From an uncultured Gammaproteobacteria bacterium (GTDB taxonomy: Bacteria; Patescibacteriota; Patescibacteriia; Magasanikbacterales; UBA922), in assembly GCA_964597575.1 (NCBI GenBank), contig CAZQXB010000001.1, forward strand, positions 594,511-658,510: a DNA stretch of 64,000 nucleotides. The letters run 5' to 3'. The translations under genes and the position numbers were made by a program. The notes below the pieces were generated by a model. The model searched no databases. It was not told the DNA's origin and saw nothing but the letters and a program-made list of their open reading frames with translations. Position 1 is the stretch's first letter. Every line of letters begins with the position of its first letter. Positions 1 to 10,229 of this stretch are shown piece after piece.

Positions 1-811
1 CATCCCCTTTTCGCTTAGAGAGCTTTTTTCGATCCAAACTTACGAGGAGTGGCATGTGGGCATGAACCGGAATATTCCAACCAAATGCCTTGTAGAGCAA
101 AATATGTTTTGGGGTAGATGGAAGCCAGTCTTCACCGCGGATGACATGGGTAATTTCCATGAGGTGATCGTCGACGACAACAGCGAGGTGGTAGGTAGGA
201 AAACCGTCAGACTTCATGAGCACCTGATCATCAATTTCTTTACTCTGTACAGTCACACGTCCACGGACAATATCATCAAACGATACTTCTTGATTTTCTG
301 GTACTTTTAACCGGATGACGTGCGACACACCACTTTCAAGGAGGCTCTGCACTTCGTCATCAGGCAAGGTAAGGCTATTTCTCATGGCTAATCGGTCGTA
401 TTTTGGAGGTAACTTTAAGAGCTCTTGGTGCTTGCGCATGGCATCAAGTTCTTCTGTCGTGTCAAAAGCGTAATATGCTGCACCCTTTTGAATTAACTCT
501 TTCGCATATTTTCCATAAATATGAAGCCGTTCTGATTGAATGTATGGTCCATGACCACCCTTGTGTCCGATTTTTCCATTTGGTAAAAGAGTTGGCCCTT
601 CGTCAATCGTAATTCCAGCCCACGTTAATACTTTAATCATGTTTTCGACCGCCCCTTCTACTAAACGTTCCTGATCGGTGTCTTCCACACGAACAATAAA
701 CACCCCATGATTTTTTTGAGCAAAAAGAAAAGGGTACAGCGCTGCACGGAGTGACCCTACATGAACAAAGCCAGTTGGGCTTGGAGCAAAGCGAGTGCGG
801 ATATGTGTCAT
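1..811 (-). CDS. gltX: Glutamyl-tRNA synthetase, N-terminal part; C-terminus lies beyond window start
   Basis: Minus-strand translation from ATG (rc of 809-811) gives MTHIRTRFAPSPTGFVHVGSLRAALYPF... and later HVIRGEDWLPSTPKH, the class I HIGH-region signature of GltX. The frame stays open to position 1, which is why it is absent from the closed-ORF track. Confidence 0.85.
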   Translation of the reverse strand, partial: MTHIRTRFAPSPTGFVHVGSLRAALYPFLFAQKNHGVFIVRVEDTDQERLVEGAVENMIKVLTWAGITIDEGPTLLPNGKIGHKGGHGPYIQSERLHIYGKYAKELIQKGAAYYAFDTTEELDAMRKHQELLKLPPKYDRLAMRNSLTLPDDEVQSLLESGVSHVIRLKVPENQEVSFDDIVRGRVTVQSKEIDDQVLMKSDGFPTYHLAVVVDDHLMEITHVIRGEDWLPSTPKHILLYKAFGWNIPVHAHMPLLVSLDRKKLSKRKGD

Positions 812-1575
812 AAATGTTTATGCATGTGATGGAGGGCAATTCCAGCAGCTACAGCCACGTTCAGTGACTCAGTCTCCCCTCCTCCGGAAATTGTTACCTG
901 TTTTTGAAATAAAGCTAAAATATCTTCCGAAACCCCATGTGATTCACTTCCAAATACGACGATACTTTTTTTGTTCGGAGTATACGTTTCAAGCGGAGTG
1001 CCTTTCAGAGTAAAGGAGGTTACACTGTATCCTTTTGTGTGAAAAAATTCAAGCGTTTCTTTCAGGCTTTCTACGCGAACAATCGTCGTGTGATGAAGTG
1101 AGCCCATCGTGCTTCGGACAACCTTTTCATTGTACGGGTCTACGCACCCCTCAGAGAGAAGAATATTTGTAATTCCAAACCAGTCAGCCGTGCGGATAAT
1201 CGTCCCTAAATTTCCCGGATCACTAATGCGATCGAGTGCGACAATTGGCCCAGGAACAAAACTACTGATCGTGTGGTTTGGGAGCTCCACTTCGGCCAAA
1301 ATTCCGGCCGGTGTGGTGGTTCCAGAAATGCTTTTATAGGCAAGTTTACTTGTTTCAGATACAGGAATGTCATTCGCTTTGGCGAGAGCAATAATTTCCT
1401 GCTTATCAGCCTCAAGCATGCGCGACTCGTCAACGACAATACGCTTAATATTTTTATTATAGCGAAAGGCTTCCGCAACTCCCTTTACCCCTTCAATAAG
1501 AAACGCACCGTATTCTTCACGGCCTTTTTTATCAAGGAGTTTCAGTAAATGGGAAATGTCTGATTTTGAAAGCAT
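808..1575 (-). CDS. TrmH/SpoU-family RNA 2'-O-methyltransferase (RlmB-like)
   Basis: 255 aa with an N-terminal SpoU substrate-binding-like segment and a C-terminal SpoU methylase fold (GSESHGVS...NVAVAAGIALH). Its stop overlaps the gltX ATG (ATGA-type overlap). Confidence 0.8.
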   Translation of the reverse strand: MLSKSDISHLLKLLDKKGREEYGAFLIEGVKGVAEAFRYNKNIKRIVVDESRMLEADKQEIIALAKANDIPVSETSKLAYKSISGTTTPAGILAEVELPNHTISSFVPGPIVALDRISDPGNLGTIIRTADWFGITNILLSEGCVDPYNEKVVRSTMGSLHHTTIVRVESLKETLEFFHTKGYSVTSFTLKGTPLETYTPNKKSIVVFGSESHGVSEDILALFQKQVTISGGGETESLNVAVAAGIALHHMHKHL

Positions 1576-1576
1576 A

Positions 1577-2407
1577 TTATGATGATTGGTTAAATCCCAT
1601 TTTTTCTAAAAGAATAAGTGCTGGGAAAACGAATACGGCCGTTATAATTCTCCCGATACGCTTTGGTTCGAGGAGAAGTCTCCAGAGCCACTCTATTCCG
1701 ATGCGGCGCATAAAAAGCGGTGCCCGTGGTGTTTTTCCAGACAGTGTATCGAGTGAGCCGCCGATACCAATAGCGATTTTAACACTGGGCAATTCTCCGA
1801 GGTGTTCGGTAATCCAAAGCTCCTGCTTCCCATGACTGAAAGCGACGACGAGCACATCTGGGGCTGCTGCAATAATGGCATCAACCATTCCATCCTCAGC
1901 TTCTTTGCTTTCTGGAGTGAGCGAGCCTATTCCACCCTCGACACCGTAATGAAGAGAAATTCCCGGGTGCGTACCACAGATGATAAGGTTCGGTGCATAG
2001 ACTTGAAGAGCCTTACCTGCTTTCTCGAGAACTTCCTTGCTACCGGTCCCCAAAAGAAAGACTTTTTTTTGCTGTCGAGCTGATTCCTCAATGAGTGTAA
2101 GAAGAAGATCAACTCCTGGGAAACGCTCTACATTCCCATTCGCAAAAAGCTCGATCCCTCGCCCATCACAGACATTAAGGGGTGCAGCATTTAAGGCGGC
2201 CTTAAAAACCGTATCCCGGCTCGCTGCAACAAGAATTTCAGGGTTTGGGGTGGTGATAATATGACCCCCAGGTTCGGTAAAGAACGACCGAAGTTTTTCT
2301 GATATCTCGGCTTTCGTATAGGTGTCGATTCGAACTCCTAGAACAAAGAGAGCCACAGACAGCAAAATAATGGGTACGTTATGATGGGTACACGCACAGC
2401 CTACCAT
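1577..2407 (-). CDS. WecB/TagA/CpsF-family glycosyltransferase with N-terminal TM segment
   Basis: 276 aa. It carries the C-terminal GIEWLWRLLLEPKR motif typical of TagA/WecG, and HIITTPNPE near the N-terminus. Confidence 0.8.
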   Translation of the reverse strand: MVGCACTHHNVPIILLSVALFVLGVRIDTYTKAEISEKLRSFFTEPGGHIITTPNPEILVAASRDTVFKAALNAAPLNVCDGRGIELFANGNVERFPGVDLLLTLIEESARQQKKVFLLGTGSKEVLEKAGKALQVYAPNLIICGTHPGISLHYGVEGGIGSLTPESKEAEDGMVDAIIAAAPDVLVVAFSHGKQELWITEHLGELPSVKIAIGIGGSLDTLSGKTPRAPLFMRRIGIEWLWRLLLEPKRIGRIITAVFVFPALILLEKMGFNQSS

Positions 2408-2410
2408 AAT

Positions 2411-2438
2411 TTGACAGGCTTTTCCAGTGTGCTATAGT
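2411..2438 (+). promoter_or_regulatory. Sigma70-like promoter for clpB (TTGACA-16-TATAGT)
   Basis: TTGACA at 2411-2416 and TATAGT at 2433-2438, read directly from the sequence. Confidence 0.5.
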
Positions 2439-2439
2439 A

Positions 2440-2466
2440 TTATCACTCTAATAACGAGAGTGATAA
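2440..2466 (+). promoter_or_regulatory. CIRCE-like inverted repeat (TTATCACTC-N9-GAGTGATAA), putative HrcA-type heat-shock operator
   Basis: Perfect 9-bp arms separated by 9 nt, located immediately downstream of the clpB -10. The CIRCE consensus is TTAGCACTC-N9-GAGTGCTAA, so there is one symmetric mismatch per arm. Confidence 0.5.
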
Positions 2467-2504
2467 CTTTCCCCTGCTCCTATAATGATTCATTATCTAT
2501 CCGT

Positions 2505-5144
2505 ATGAATCCTCATAATTTCACCCAAAAGTCCCAGGAAGCGATTCAGAGAGCTTCAGATATTGCTCATGAACATGGCCAGCCCCAAGTGGAGCCTCCA
2601 CACCTTTTCGCCTCCCTTCTTCAAGAAGAGGAGGGCGTCGTGATTTCCGTACTTAAAAAAATGAATGCGAACATTCCTGAACTCCGAAATGCGGTGAGTA
2701 GCATGATTCAGGGGATGCCCCGAATCCCAGGCCCTATGCCGGGCGGTATCGGGCAGATTCTGATGGGTCAGGCCATGATGTATATTTTGGAGCGAGCCGG
2801 GGAAGAATCCAAAAAAATGGGCGATGAATACATTAGTGTTGAACATTTATTGTTGGCATTTTTAGGAAATAAAAACCCTATTAGCAGCGCTCTTGGAAAT
2901 CAGGGAGTTCATTACGACGACGTCTTAAAAACATTAGTGACGGTACGTGGAAATCAACGGGTTGATTCAGCAAACCCTGAAAGTAAATATCAGGCCCTTG
3001 AAAAATACGGTAAGAATTTTACCGAACTCGCTCGTCGAGAAAAGTTGGATCCTGTCATTGGTCGTGATGACGAAATTCGTCGAGTCATGCAGGTTCTCAC
3101 ACGTCGCACCAAAAATAACCCGGTACTTATTGGTGAGCCTGGAGTTGGGAAAACCGCCATTATTGAAGGCTTAGCACAGCGCATAGTAAAGGGCGATGTC
3201 CCTGAGAGTTTAAAAGAAAAAGAAGTGGTTGGGCTTGATATTGGTTCTCTCGTGGCCGGAACAAAATTTCGCGGTGAATTTGAGGAACGTTTTAAAGCAG
3301 TTTTAAAAGAAGTGATTGAATCCGATGGGCGTATTATTTTGTTTATTGATGAGCTCCACACCATTGTCGGAGCAGGTGCAAGTGAAGGTGCGGTCGATGC
3401 CAGTAACATGTTAAAGCCCGCACTCGCCCGTGGCGAACTTCATACGGTTGGGGCAACTACGCTTAAGGAATATCGTGAGCATATTGAAAAAGATGCAGCG
3501 TTTGAGCGTCGATTTCAACCGGTTCTCGTGACCGAGCCTACCCCTGAAGACGCGATTGCTATTTTGCGAGGAATCAAAGAAAAATATGAAGTCCATCATG
3601 GGGTCCGAATTACTGACTCTGCGATTGTGGCAGCGGTTGAATTATCAAGCCGCTATATTACCGACCGATTTTTACCCGACAAAGCGATTGATTTGATTGA
3701 CGAAGCTACCTCAGCCCTTCGTATGGAAATTGAATCAATGCCAGACGATTTAGATAAAATGAAACGAAAGATGATCAAAATCGAAATTGAAATGAGCGCC
3801 CTTAAAAAGGAAAAAGACGCTGATGCGAAAGAACGTTTGGGAAAACTGAAAGAAGAGATAGAAAATCTCCGCGAGAAAAGCAATGAGCTTGAAATGCACT
3901 GGAAAAATGAAAAAGAAATTATTGGAAAAATTCGTGAACATAAAAAAAGCATTGATAAGCTAAAGCAGGAAGCTGAAATTGAAGAACGAAACGGTAACTT
4001 ACAAAAAGTAGCCGAAATTCGCTACGGCAGTATTCCTATGATTGAAGAGGCTATTCGAGAAGATGAAAAGAAACTGACCGATATTCAAAAAGGACGTTCT
4101 ATTTTGAAAGAAGAAATTACTGAGGAAGATATTGCAGCCGTAGTTTCGCGCTGGACTAAAATTCCCGTTTCCAAAATGCTTCAGGATGAAATGCGCAAAC
4201 TCGTTACAATGGAAGATGAGCTTCGAAAGCGTGTCGTTGGTCAAGATGAGTCTATTCGCGCGGTAGCAAACGCGATTCGTCGTTCACGGGCTGGTATTTC
4301 TGAAAAGAAACGTCCAATCGGATCCTTTATCTTTCTTGGTCCAACCGGAGTTGGAAAAACGGAACTGGCTCGTGCACTCGCAGATTTTCTTTTTAATGAT
4401 GAGGAAGCTCTGGTTCGGGTGGATATGAGTGAGTTTATGGAAAAACATGCGGTCAGTCGCATGATCGGCTCCCCTCCTGGGTATGTGGGCTACGATGATG
4501 GAGGGCAGTTAACCGAAAAGATTCGTCGTCGTCCATTCTCGGTCGTGTTATTCGATGAAATCGAAAAAGCACATCCAGATATTTTCAATGTCATGCTTCA
4601 AATTCTCGATGATGGTCATGTAACTGATGCCAAAGGCCGTAAAGTCAATTTTAAGAATACCGTCATTATTATGACGAGTAACGTGGGGTCAGACATGATT
4701 ATGCGCTTAGGAAAGCGCGGAGAATTTGGCTTTGGTGATAATTCCGAAAAAACGACGAGTGAGAAAAAAGAAGACGCGATGAAAACGAAAGTCATGGAGG
4801 CTCTCCGTGATCAGTTTCGCCCAGAGTTTTTGAACCGCGTCGATGAAATTATCGTTTTTCATCCCCTCACAAAAGAGAATCTTCGTATCATTGTGGATCT
4901 TCAACTTCTTCAAATCGCAGAGCGACTTCGTGAAAGAAAGCTCACTCTTATTGTGACTGATGCAGCGAAGGATTGGCTCGGTGAAAAAGGATATGACGCA
5001 GAACTGGGAGCCCGCCCGATGAAACGGACGCTCCAAACTGAGGTTCTCGACCCTCTCGCGATACAAATCATGGCCGGAGAAGTGGTAGAGGGTGCGACTA
5101 TTACGGTTGATGTAAAAAATGATAAGATTACGTTCGTTGTTTAA
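2505..5144 (+). CDS. clpB: ATP-dependent chaperone ClpB (two AAA+ modules plus coiled-coil M domain)
   Basis: [16 protein letters not shown]-domain. D1 has Walker A GEPGVGKT and Walker [10 protein letters not shown] long coiled-coil middle domain follows. D2 has GPTGVGKTE and [11 protein letters not shown]. The track ORF starts at an upstream GTG (2427); the ATG at 2505 fits ClpB N-termini. Confidence 0.9.
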   Translation: MNPHNFTQKSQEAIQRASDIAHEHGQPQVEPPHLFASLLQEEEGVVISVLKKMNANIPELRNAVSSMIQGMPRIPGPMPGGIGQILMGQAMMYILERAGEESKKMGDEYISVEHLLLAFLGNKNPISSALGNQGVHYDDVLKTLVTVRGNQRVDSANPESKYQALEKYGKNFTELARREKLDPVIGRDDEIRRVMQVLTRRTKNNPVLIGEPGVGKTAIIEGLAQRIVKGDVPESLKEKEVVGLDIGSLVAGTKFRGEFEERFKAVLKEVIESDGRIILFIDELHTIVGAGASEGAVDASNMLKPALARGELHTVGATTLKEYREHIEKDAAFERRFQPVLVTEPTPEDAIAILRGIKEKYEVHHGVRITDSAIVAAVELSSRYITDRFLPDKAIDLIDEATSALRMEIESMPDDLDKMKRKMIKIEIEMSALKKEKDADAKERLGKLKEEIENLREKSNELEMHWKNEKEIIGKIREHKKSIDKLKQEAEIEERNGNLQKVAEIRYGSIPMIEEAIREDEKKLTDIQKGRSILKEEITEEDIAAVVSRWTKIPVSKMLQDEMRKLVTMEDELRKRVVGQDESIRAVANAIRRSRAGISEKKRPIGSFIFLGPTGVGKTELARALADFLFNDEEALVRVDMSEFMEKHAVSRMIGSPPGYVGYDDGGQLTEKIRRRPFSVVLFDEIEKAHPDIFNVMLQILDDGHVTDAKGRKVNFKNTVIIMTSNVGSDMIMRLGKRGEFGFGDNSEKTTSEKKEDAMKTKVMEALRDQFRPEFLNRVDEIIVFHPLTKENLRIIVDLQLLQIAERLRERKLTLIVTDAAKDWLGEKGYDAELGARPMKRTLQTEVLDPLAIQIMAGEVVEGATITVDVKNDKITFVV

Positions 5145-5157
5145 GTCATGGAATTCT

Positions 5158-5184
5158 AAAAAGCCCCGTTATGGGGCTTTTTAA
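5158..5184. terminator. Rho-independent terminator hairpin (aagcccc-gttat-ggggctt followed by TTTT), bidirectional between clpB and the convergent gene
   Basis: A GC stem plus T-tract 14 nt after the clpB stop. Confidence 0.7.
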
Positions 5185-5199
5185 TTACCAAGAATACGG

Positions 5200-6108
5200 T
5201 TATTTTAGGTGACCAGCTCGGGTCGTTTCTAATTCCTGAATTTCTTTGGTAAAGGCAGCAACACGATTGATAACTGGAACTTTAATAGGAAACTTCTCAA
5301 GTTCAGCATCAACGTTGTATTTTCCGATATCTGCATCAAGAAGCGTCTGGCGAATCGTCGCCTCATCGGTATTAAACTTTTCTTTTACGAGCTCAAGTAC
5401 TTCTGGATACTTTGCAATCTCTTCATTCCGAAGTTCACGCAATTCTGACACTGATTGCTGAAGTCCGCCAGCTAAATTCCCCTTCTCCTGGGCCGTGGCA
5501 ACGCGTTTTACTAACTTTCCATTCGTTACCTCGGAAACTTCCCCTTGATTTACCTCAACTATTTCGTCTCCTTTTGTTACCGCCACAACCCCTTCTCCGG
5601 TCATAATTTTTCCACCAGGGTGCATTTCAAAAGCGGTACCTTTCACCGTTGCGGTAAAGGTACCGTCGGTAACAACGTAGCTTCCGTTTGTATGTACACC
5701 ACTAACTTCGTGCCATGTACGACCACTCTCCAATCGGAGACGAATCGCATCTTCTTTGAGAGATTCAATGACCACTTTCGTGTTCATATCAAGAAGCACA
5801 ACCGAGCTTTCAAACATCTGAAGTGAGGCATTCCCGCCCATTTTGGTTTCAACCGTATCCCCTTCTTTCACAGCGGTAACTCCATCAACTAAAGTTCCAT
5901 TCACATAGACCTCAACCCCTAAATTGCGCGGCTCAACTTCCGCTGTGCGAATTGGCGCTGAAAAAAGCATACGGTACGCCACTACCCCGGCAACGGCAAG
6001 AGCGGCGATGATAAGCAGAACAACCGTAAGAACAATATACTTGGTCTTTGATCGTTTCGGCTCAGTGCTACCCATCTGAGTTGTCTGTACTGTTGCTGAA
6101 TTTTCCAT
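5200..6108 (-). CDS. Membrane-anchored protein with FecR-like beta domain
   Basis: 302 aa with an N-terminal TM helix (YIVLTVVLLIIAALAVAGVVAY). Its beta-rich central region resembles FecR-domain proteins (GTAFEMHPGG...GEGVVAV). Confidence 0.5.
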   Translation of the reverse strand: MENSATVQTTQMGSTEPKRSKTKYIVLTVVLLIIAALAVAGVVAYRMLFSAPIRTAEVEPRNLGVEVYVNGTLVDGVTAVKEGDTVETKMGGNASLQMFESSVVLLDMNTKVVIESLKEDAIRLRLESGRTWHEVSGVHTNGSYVVTDGTFTATVKGTAFEMHPGGKIMTGEGVVAVTKGDEIVEVNQGEVSEVTNGKLVKRVATAQEKGNLAGGLQQSVSELRELRNEEIAKYPEVLELVKEKFNTDEATIRQTLLDADIGKYNVDAELEKFPIKVPVINRVAAFTKEIQELETTRAGHLK

Positions 6109-6117
6109 AAATAAAGA

Positions 6118-6408
6118 TTATGTTTCTGGGAATAATTTTTTGTTGTTTTCGTCGTAGAGGTGAATGGCCAGAACCGGACAGGCTTCTGCTGCCATTTTTA
6201 TGGTTTCGTCATCCTCATAGGTGGAATTTTCTTTCACGACATATGCTAGGTTCTCATCATCCATTTGAAATGTCTTCGGTGCGACGAGGACACATGATCG
6301 CGCCCCAATACAGGCTGGTCGGTCGACAATCACCTTTCTGATTTTTCCTGTTGCTTTTGTACCGACTGACGGATTCTCAAATTGTGCTTCTGGTAGAGAT
6401 TCATTCAT
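6118..6408 (-). CDS. Small ferredoxin (single Fe-S cluster type)
   Basis: 96 aa with the Cys motifs DRPACIGARSC ... AAEACPV, typical of small [3Fe-4S]/[4Fe-4S] ferredoxins. Confidence 0.6.
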   Translation of the reverse strand: MNESLPEAQFENPSVGTKATGKIRKVIVDRPACIGARSCVLVAPKTFQMDDENLAYVVKENSTYEDDETIKMAAEACPVLAIHLYDENNKKLFPET

Positions 6409-6414
6409 AGTAGA

Positions 6415-7125
6415 TTAGTTATGTAAAGTTATTTCAGGAATGATGTTACACCCAACACTCGGTATGTGAATTGCTGCATCCGAGGATAAATTTTCTTTCG
6501 TTACCCAACTGTACTCATACCACGTCCCCTGCTCATCCCGACTAAATTCAGTCTGATTACCGAGGTCAGTTGCACCATAGTAGCAACGCATGACTTTCCA
6601 TGCATTTTTACCTGCTTCTGTTTGTTTCATGTCAATAAAGTATACGTCACCCCCGTATGCTGATGTTGCGATCGCGAGATTTATTCGAGGGTTTTCGACG
6701 TCTGGCCCACTCTCGTGCCAAATATCATGGACGGAATAGTTCCCTTTGAGTTCAATAAATTTATCCCAATGTTTTTTTTCTTCGTCGAGTTTAAGGACAC
6801 CTAAAAACGTCGTTTTTTCAAATGAACCACCATGTCCACCTACAAGGCCGTATGTGGTGAGCCCAACATGTTTTAATTGAATATACTGAGCAATAGTAAG
6901 ATCTTCCGGAAGAGTACCCATACCAAGGATTGCCTGACGCTCTTCGGTAATAATATAACCATCCTTATCGGTAAGATGTGCTGGTTTGTTAAGCTTTTCT
7001 TGACCAACACTATCTAAAATAAGAGGGCTCTGTTGGAGAAGAATGGCTTTCCATATAATAGTCCACAAAACAAAACATGCCAAGAATCCAAAAAAGAAAA
7101 ATTGTAGCTCGCGTGTTTTGTTCAT
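6415..7125 (-). CDS. Hypothetical membrane-anchored protein
   Basis: The ATG at 7125 gives MNKTRELQFFFFGFLACFVLWTIIW, a TM anchor followed by a ~200-aa globular region with no recognisable family. It sits inside the suf transcription unit. Confidence 0.5.
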   Translation of the reverse strand: MNKTRELQFFFFGFLACFVLWTIIWKAILLQQSPLILDSVGQEKLNKPAHLTDKDGYIITEERQAILGMGTLPEDLTIAQYIQLKHVGLTTYGLVGGHGGSFEKTTFLGVLKLDEEKKHWDKFIELKGNYSVHDIWHESGPDVENPRINLAIATSAYGGDVYFIDMKQTEAGKNAWKVMRCYYGATDLGNQTEFSRDEQGTWYEYSWVTKENLSSDAAIHIPSVGCNIIPEITLHN

Positions 7126-7126
7126 A

Positions 7127-7468
7127 CTACAAATCACCTAAAAAATTGTTCGCGGTCATAATATCTTCAGCAGAGAGACCGGTTCTCGTTGTCGTTTCAC
7201 GAGCGTCAGGATCTTCAAGTGGTTGCTGCATCAAAACCCGTTTTACTTCACTCACTGCTTCGTCGGGGGTTACATGATGAAGGAGTGTTTGGCCAACAAC
7301 GACATTTGGAGCGCTCGAACATGGGCCAACACATGGGCAAGGAGAAATATTAAGGTCATTTGGGAGAGCCCCTTGATTTTTTGCATCGACAAGAATTTGA
7401 GAGATGCGCTCTCCGCCAAACGTCTGGCACGATCTCCCATTACACACACGGACAGCAGGATGTTTCAT
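7127..7468 (-). CDS. Thioredoxin-like [2Fe-2S] ferredoxin family protein
   Basis: 113 aa with the Cys pattern VCNGRSCQ ... CPCVGPC, characteristic of the NuoE/thioredoxin-like ferredoxin family. Confidence 0.6.
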   Translation of the reverse strand: MKHPAVRVCNGRSCQTFGGERISQILVDAKNQGALPNDLNISPCPCVGPCSSAPNVVVGQTLLHHVTPDEAVSEVKRVLMQQPLEDPDARETTTRTGLSAEDIMTANNFLGDL

Positions 7469-7477
7469 AGAATTCTA

Positions 7478-7813
7478 TTATACACCAAGAACGACCCGAA
7501 GTTCAGGTGAAGGCTTCCAGGGGGGCTCAAATGTAACCGTGATATTCACTGTTTTAAATCCAAGCATCTTTAAGCTTGTTTCGATGTCTTCTTTGATCTG
7601 CTCGCCCGAAGGGCAAAGGGGTGTGGTGTAGGTGAGCAAAATATCAACCACTTCAGCACTTTTTATATCGATATTATAAATAAGACCAATCGTCCAAATA
7701 TCAACCCCAAGTTCGGGGTCAAAAACCGTTTCGAGCATTTCAATCACCTGCTCCTTTGAGGGAGCTTTTTTTGTACTAGGTATAGGAGCCATATCCGTGT
7801 GTATCAATATCAT
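7478..7813 (-). CDS. DUF59/MIP18-family Fe-S assembly protein (SufT-like)
   Basis: 111 aa with VFDPELGVDIWTIGLIY ... TTPLCPSGE, the DUF59 signature with conserved Cys. The start may instead be the internal ATG at 7792. Confidence 0.7.
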   Translation of the reverse strand: MILIHTDMAPIPSTKKAPSKEQVIEMLETVFDPELGVDIWTIGLIYNIDIKSAEVVDILLTYTTPLCPSGEQIKEDIETSLKMLGFKTVNITVTFEPPWKPSPELRVVLGV

Positions 7814-8504
7814 TGGCTAATTCAGGTCCAGCAGTTTTAACCATTTTGCCTTTTTTCAAAAGGTGAACGGTATCAGGCGTCACGTACTCTAAGATTCGGG
7901 TGTAGTGGGTGATGAGAAGAACTGCGGTATCTTTCGAACGGAAACGGGAAATTGCTTCCCCTACAGCCCTGAGACCATCTACATCAAGCCCAGAATCGGT
8001 TTCATCGAGGATAGCATACTTCGGGCTGAGCGTAAAAAGTTGGAGCATTTCAAGACGCTTTTTTTCTCCCCCGGAAAAACCCACATTGACCGAACGCGAG
8101 AGTGCCTCTTTTCCGAGCCCAAGTTTCTCTCCTTCGGTAATAAGAGTTCGGTGGAACGGAAGCGGGGCCACATGCTCGCCCGTGAGTGATTCTTTGGCGG
8201 TTCGTAAAAAATGGGAGATGCCTACACCATCAATTTCTGGTGGATATTGCATCGAAAGAAACAGCCCGCTCTTCGCTCGTTCATGCACCTTAGCGTTCGT
8301 GATCTCTTTTCCATCAATCGTAATCGATCCCCCGGTTATGGTATATTTTGGATGACCCATGAGGACGTTGGCAAAGGTTGATTTCCCTGAACCATTTGGG
8401 CCCATGAGGACATGTACCTCCCCTGGTGAAATAGTAAGATTGACTCCATCCAGAATGGGAGTGCTACCTGAAGAAACACTGAGATTTGAAATGTGGAGAG
8501 ACAT
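7776..8504 (-). CDS. sufC: Fe-S cluster assembly ATPase SufC
   Basis: MSLHISNLSV... then GPNGSGKST (Walker A), the ABC signature LSGGEKKR and Walker B ILDETDSGLD. The ATG at 8504 lies immediately after the sufU stop. Confidence 0.9.
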   Translation of the reverse strand: MSLHISNLSVSSGSTPILDGVNLTISPGEVHVLMGPNGSGKSTFANVLMGHPKYTITGGSITIDGKEITNAKVHERAKSGLFLSMQYPPEIDGVGISHFLRTAKESLTGEHVAPLPFHRTLITEGEKLGLGKEALSRSVNVGFSGGEKKRLEMLQLFTLSPKYAILDETDSGLDVDGLRAVGEAISRFRSKDTAVLLITHYTRILEYVTPDTVHLLKKGKMVKTAGPELANDIDTHGYGSYT

Positions 8505-8506
8505 AT

Positions 8507-8875
8507 TTATAGAGTGCGAGTTGCTTTTTGAATAGCACGGAGGGTAAGAGATGCGCAATTCTCGCGAGTATACACTATGTCAAAGCCGAACCATTCGTCA
8601 ATGTCTCGCTTGGTGTAGCCAGTAATTTCCTGAACAGTTCTTCCCTTCACAGCATCGGTAGCTAAAGATGCTCCAGCCAGGGAAATTGCACAGCCGACTC
8701 CGGTAAACTTTGCATCGACAATAATTCCCTCACGAATAAGAAGTTCCACGATAACTTCATCCCCACAACTCGAGTTAACTTCCCTTGCTGTGTGCGTGTG
8801 CCCCAAAAGAGACCCTTTATTATGTGGATTATGGTAGAGATCAAGAATGATGTCGCGGTATAAATCCATGCTCAT
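8507..8875 (-). CDS. sufU: SufU/IscU-like sulfur-transfer scaffold protein
   Basis: MSMDLYRDIILDLYHNPHNKG... with conserved Cys in CGDEV and GVGCAIS, typical of NifU-N/SufU. Confidence 0.8.
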   Translation of the reverse strand: MSMDLYRDIILDLYHNPHNKGSLLGHTHTAREVNSSCGDEVIVELLIREGIIVDAKFTGVGCAISLAGASLATDAVKGRTVQEITGYTKRDIDEWFGFDIVYTRENCASLTLRAIQKATRTL

Positions 8876-8876
8876 A

Positions 8877-10079
8877 CTACTGTTTGAAAATGTTTTGTGC
8901 GTCGAGCAGCGCCTGCACCGTGCGGTCAATGTCTTTTTTACTAGAGTAGGCGGCGAACGAAATACGTCCTGTTCCAGGGAGCTTCAGTAAACTCATAAGT
9001 GGCATAGTACAGTGCGACCCCCCACGAATGGCAATGTGTCTTTCTCCAAGAATTTCTGCAATGTCATGAGGGTGAATGCCGTCTACCGTAAAGGAAATAA
9101 CCCCAACCCTTTCCTCTGTTGTGCCTGGTCCAACAATAGTAAGCCCTGGAATACCCTTCAAGCAGGTCAGAGCATAGGTAACAAGCTCCTTTTCATGAGT
9201 CATGAACTGATCAAAACCAACAGAGGTAAGCCATTCCACGGCCCTCCCAAGCCCAATAGCTCCACTTATATTTGGTGTTCCCGCTTCAAATTTCCACGGA
9301 ACCTCGTTCCAGGTTGCCGATGCGTACGTTACTTCGCGAACCATATCGCCACCAAAAAGAAGCGGATCAAGAATCTCAAGTCTTTCTTTTTTTCCATACA
9401 ATATGCCGATACCCGTTGGACCATACATTTTGTGCCCAGAAGCAACGAGAAAATCACAATCAATCGCCTTCACATCGAGAGGAATGTGGGCAATGGATTG
9501 AGCCGCGTCAATAATAGTTACAGCATTCACTTTTTTTGCTTCAGAAACTATTTTTTCTATAGGGAAGATGCAGCCAAGCGTATTTGATACATGCATGACC
9601 GAAACGATTTTGGTTGTTTTATCAATTTTTGAAAGTGAATTTTCGTCAAGAAGAAAATCAGGGGTTAATTCCAAAAATCGAAGTTCAAATCCGTATACTT
9701 TACTCATTTCCTGCCAAGGCACAATGTTCGCATGATGCTCAGCACGAGTGAGCACGACACTATCCCCTTTCCTCAGTCGTTTTCCTAAGGATTGTACAAG
9801 GAGGTTCAAGCTTGAAGTAGTGCCACCGGTAAAGACCACCTCCTCTTTTGTTGCTCCAATAAAACGAGCGATGATTTCGCGAGCATGCTCGTATTGAAGC
9901 GTAGCCCGCGCAGCATCTGGGTACAACCCTCGGTGCACATTTGCGCGATACTCCTCTTCAAATTCGACTAGCGTATCAATTACACAAGCTGGCATGAGTG
10001 TGGTTGCTGCATTATCAAGATAGGCGTATACTTTATCGCGTTTCAGACGAGGGAATTGTGAACGAATATTTTTTTTCAT
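8877..10079 (-). CDS. sufS: Cysteine desulfurase SufS (group II)
   Basis: MKKNIRSQFPRLKRDKVYAYLDNAATT..., HHANIVPW, SGHKMYGPTGIGILYGK and RGGSHC. The upstream in-frame ATG at 10175 would add an atypical 32-aa extension, so 10079 is preferred. Confidence 0.9.
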   Translation of the reverse strand: MKKNIRSQFPRLKRDKVYAYLDNAATTLMPACVIDTLVEFEEEYRANVHRGLYPDAARATLQYEHAREIIARFIGATKEEVVFTGGTTSSLNLLVQSLGKRLRKGDSVVLTRAEHHANIVPWQEMSKVYGFELRFLELTPDFLLDENSLSKIDKTTKIVSVMHVSNTLGCIFPIEKIVSEAKKVNAVTIIDAAQSIAHIPLDVKAIDCDFLVASGHKMYGPTGIGILYGKKERLEILDPLLFGGDMVREVTYASATWNEVPWKFEAGTPNISGAIGLGRAVEWLTSVGFDQFMTHEKELVTYALTCLKGIPGLTIVGPGTTEERVGVISFTVDGIHPHDIAEILGERHIAIRGGSHCTMPLMSLLKLPGTGRISFAAYSSKKDIDRTVQALLDAQNIFKQ

Positions 10080-10229
10080 AGTTAGAGTACAGGTTGGGCA
10101 ATTTCTGAAAGACAGTAGTCCTTTTACCGGGTGCTGTGGTAAATGGTGAAAAGGTTTGCTGAAACTGTTCCCCATTGGTTTTTCCTAGATCAAGGTTAGC
10201 CCCAGCAAAAGGGTGGTTTGAAAAAACGT

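Noticed and set aside
2990-3409. 139-aa minus-strand ORF
   Set aside because: It is antisense inside clpB, with no support.
10080-10175. In-frame upstream ATG that would extend SufS by 32 aa (MGNSFSKPFHHLPQ...)
   Set aside because: The extension is unlike SufS N-termini. The ATG at 10079 gives the canonical MKK...FPRL...YLDNAATT start, so the extension is probably untranslated leader.
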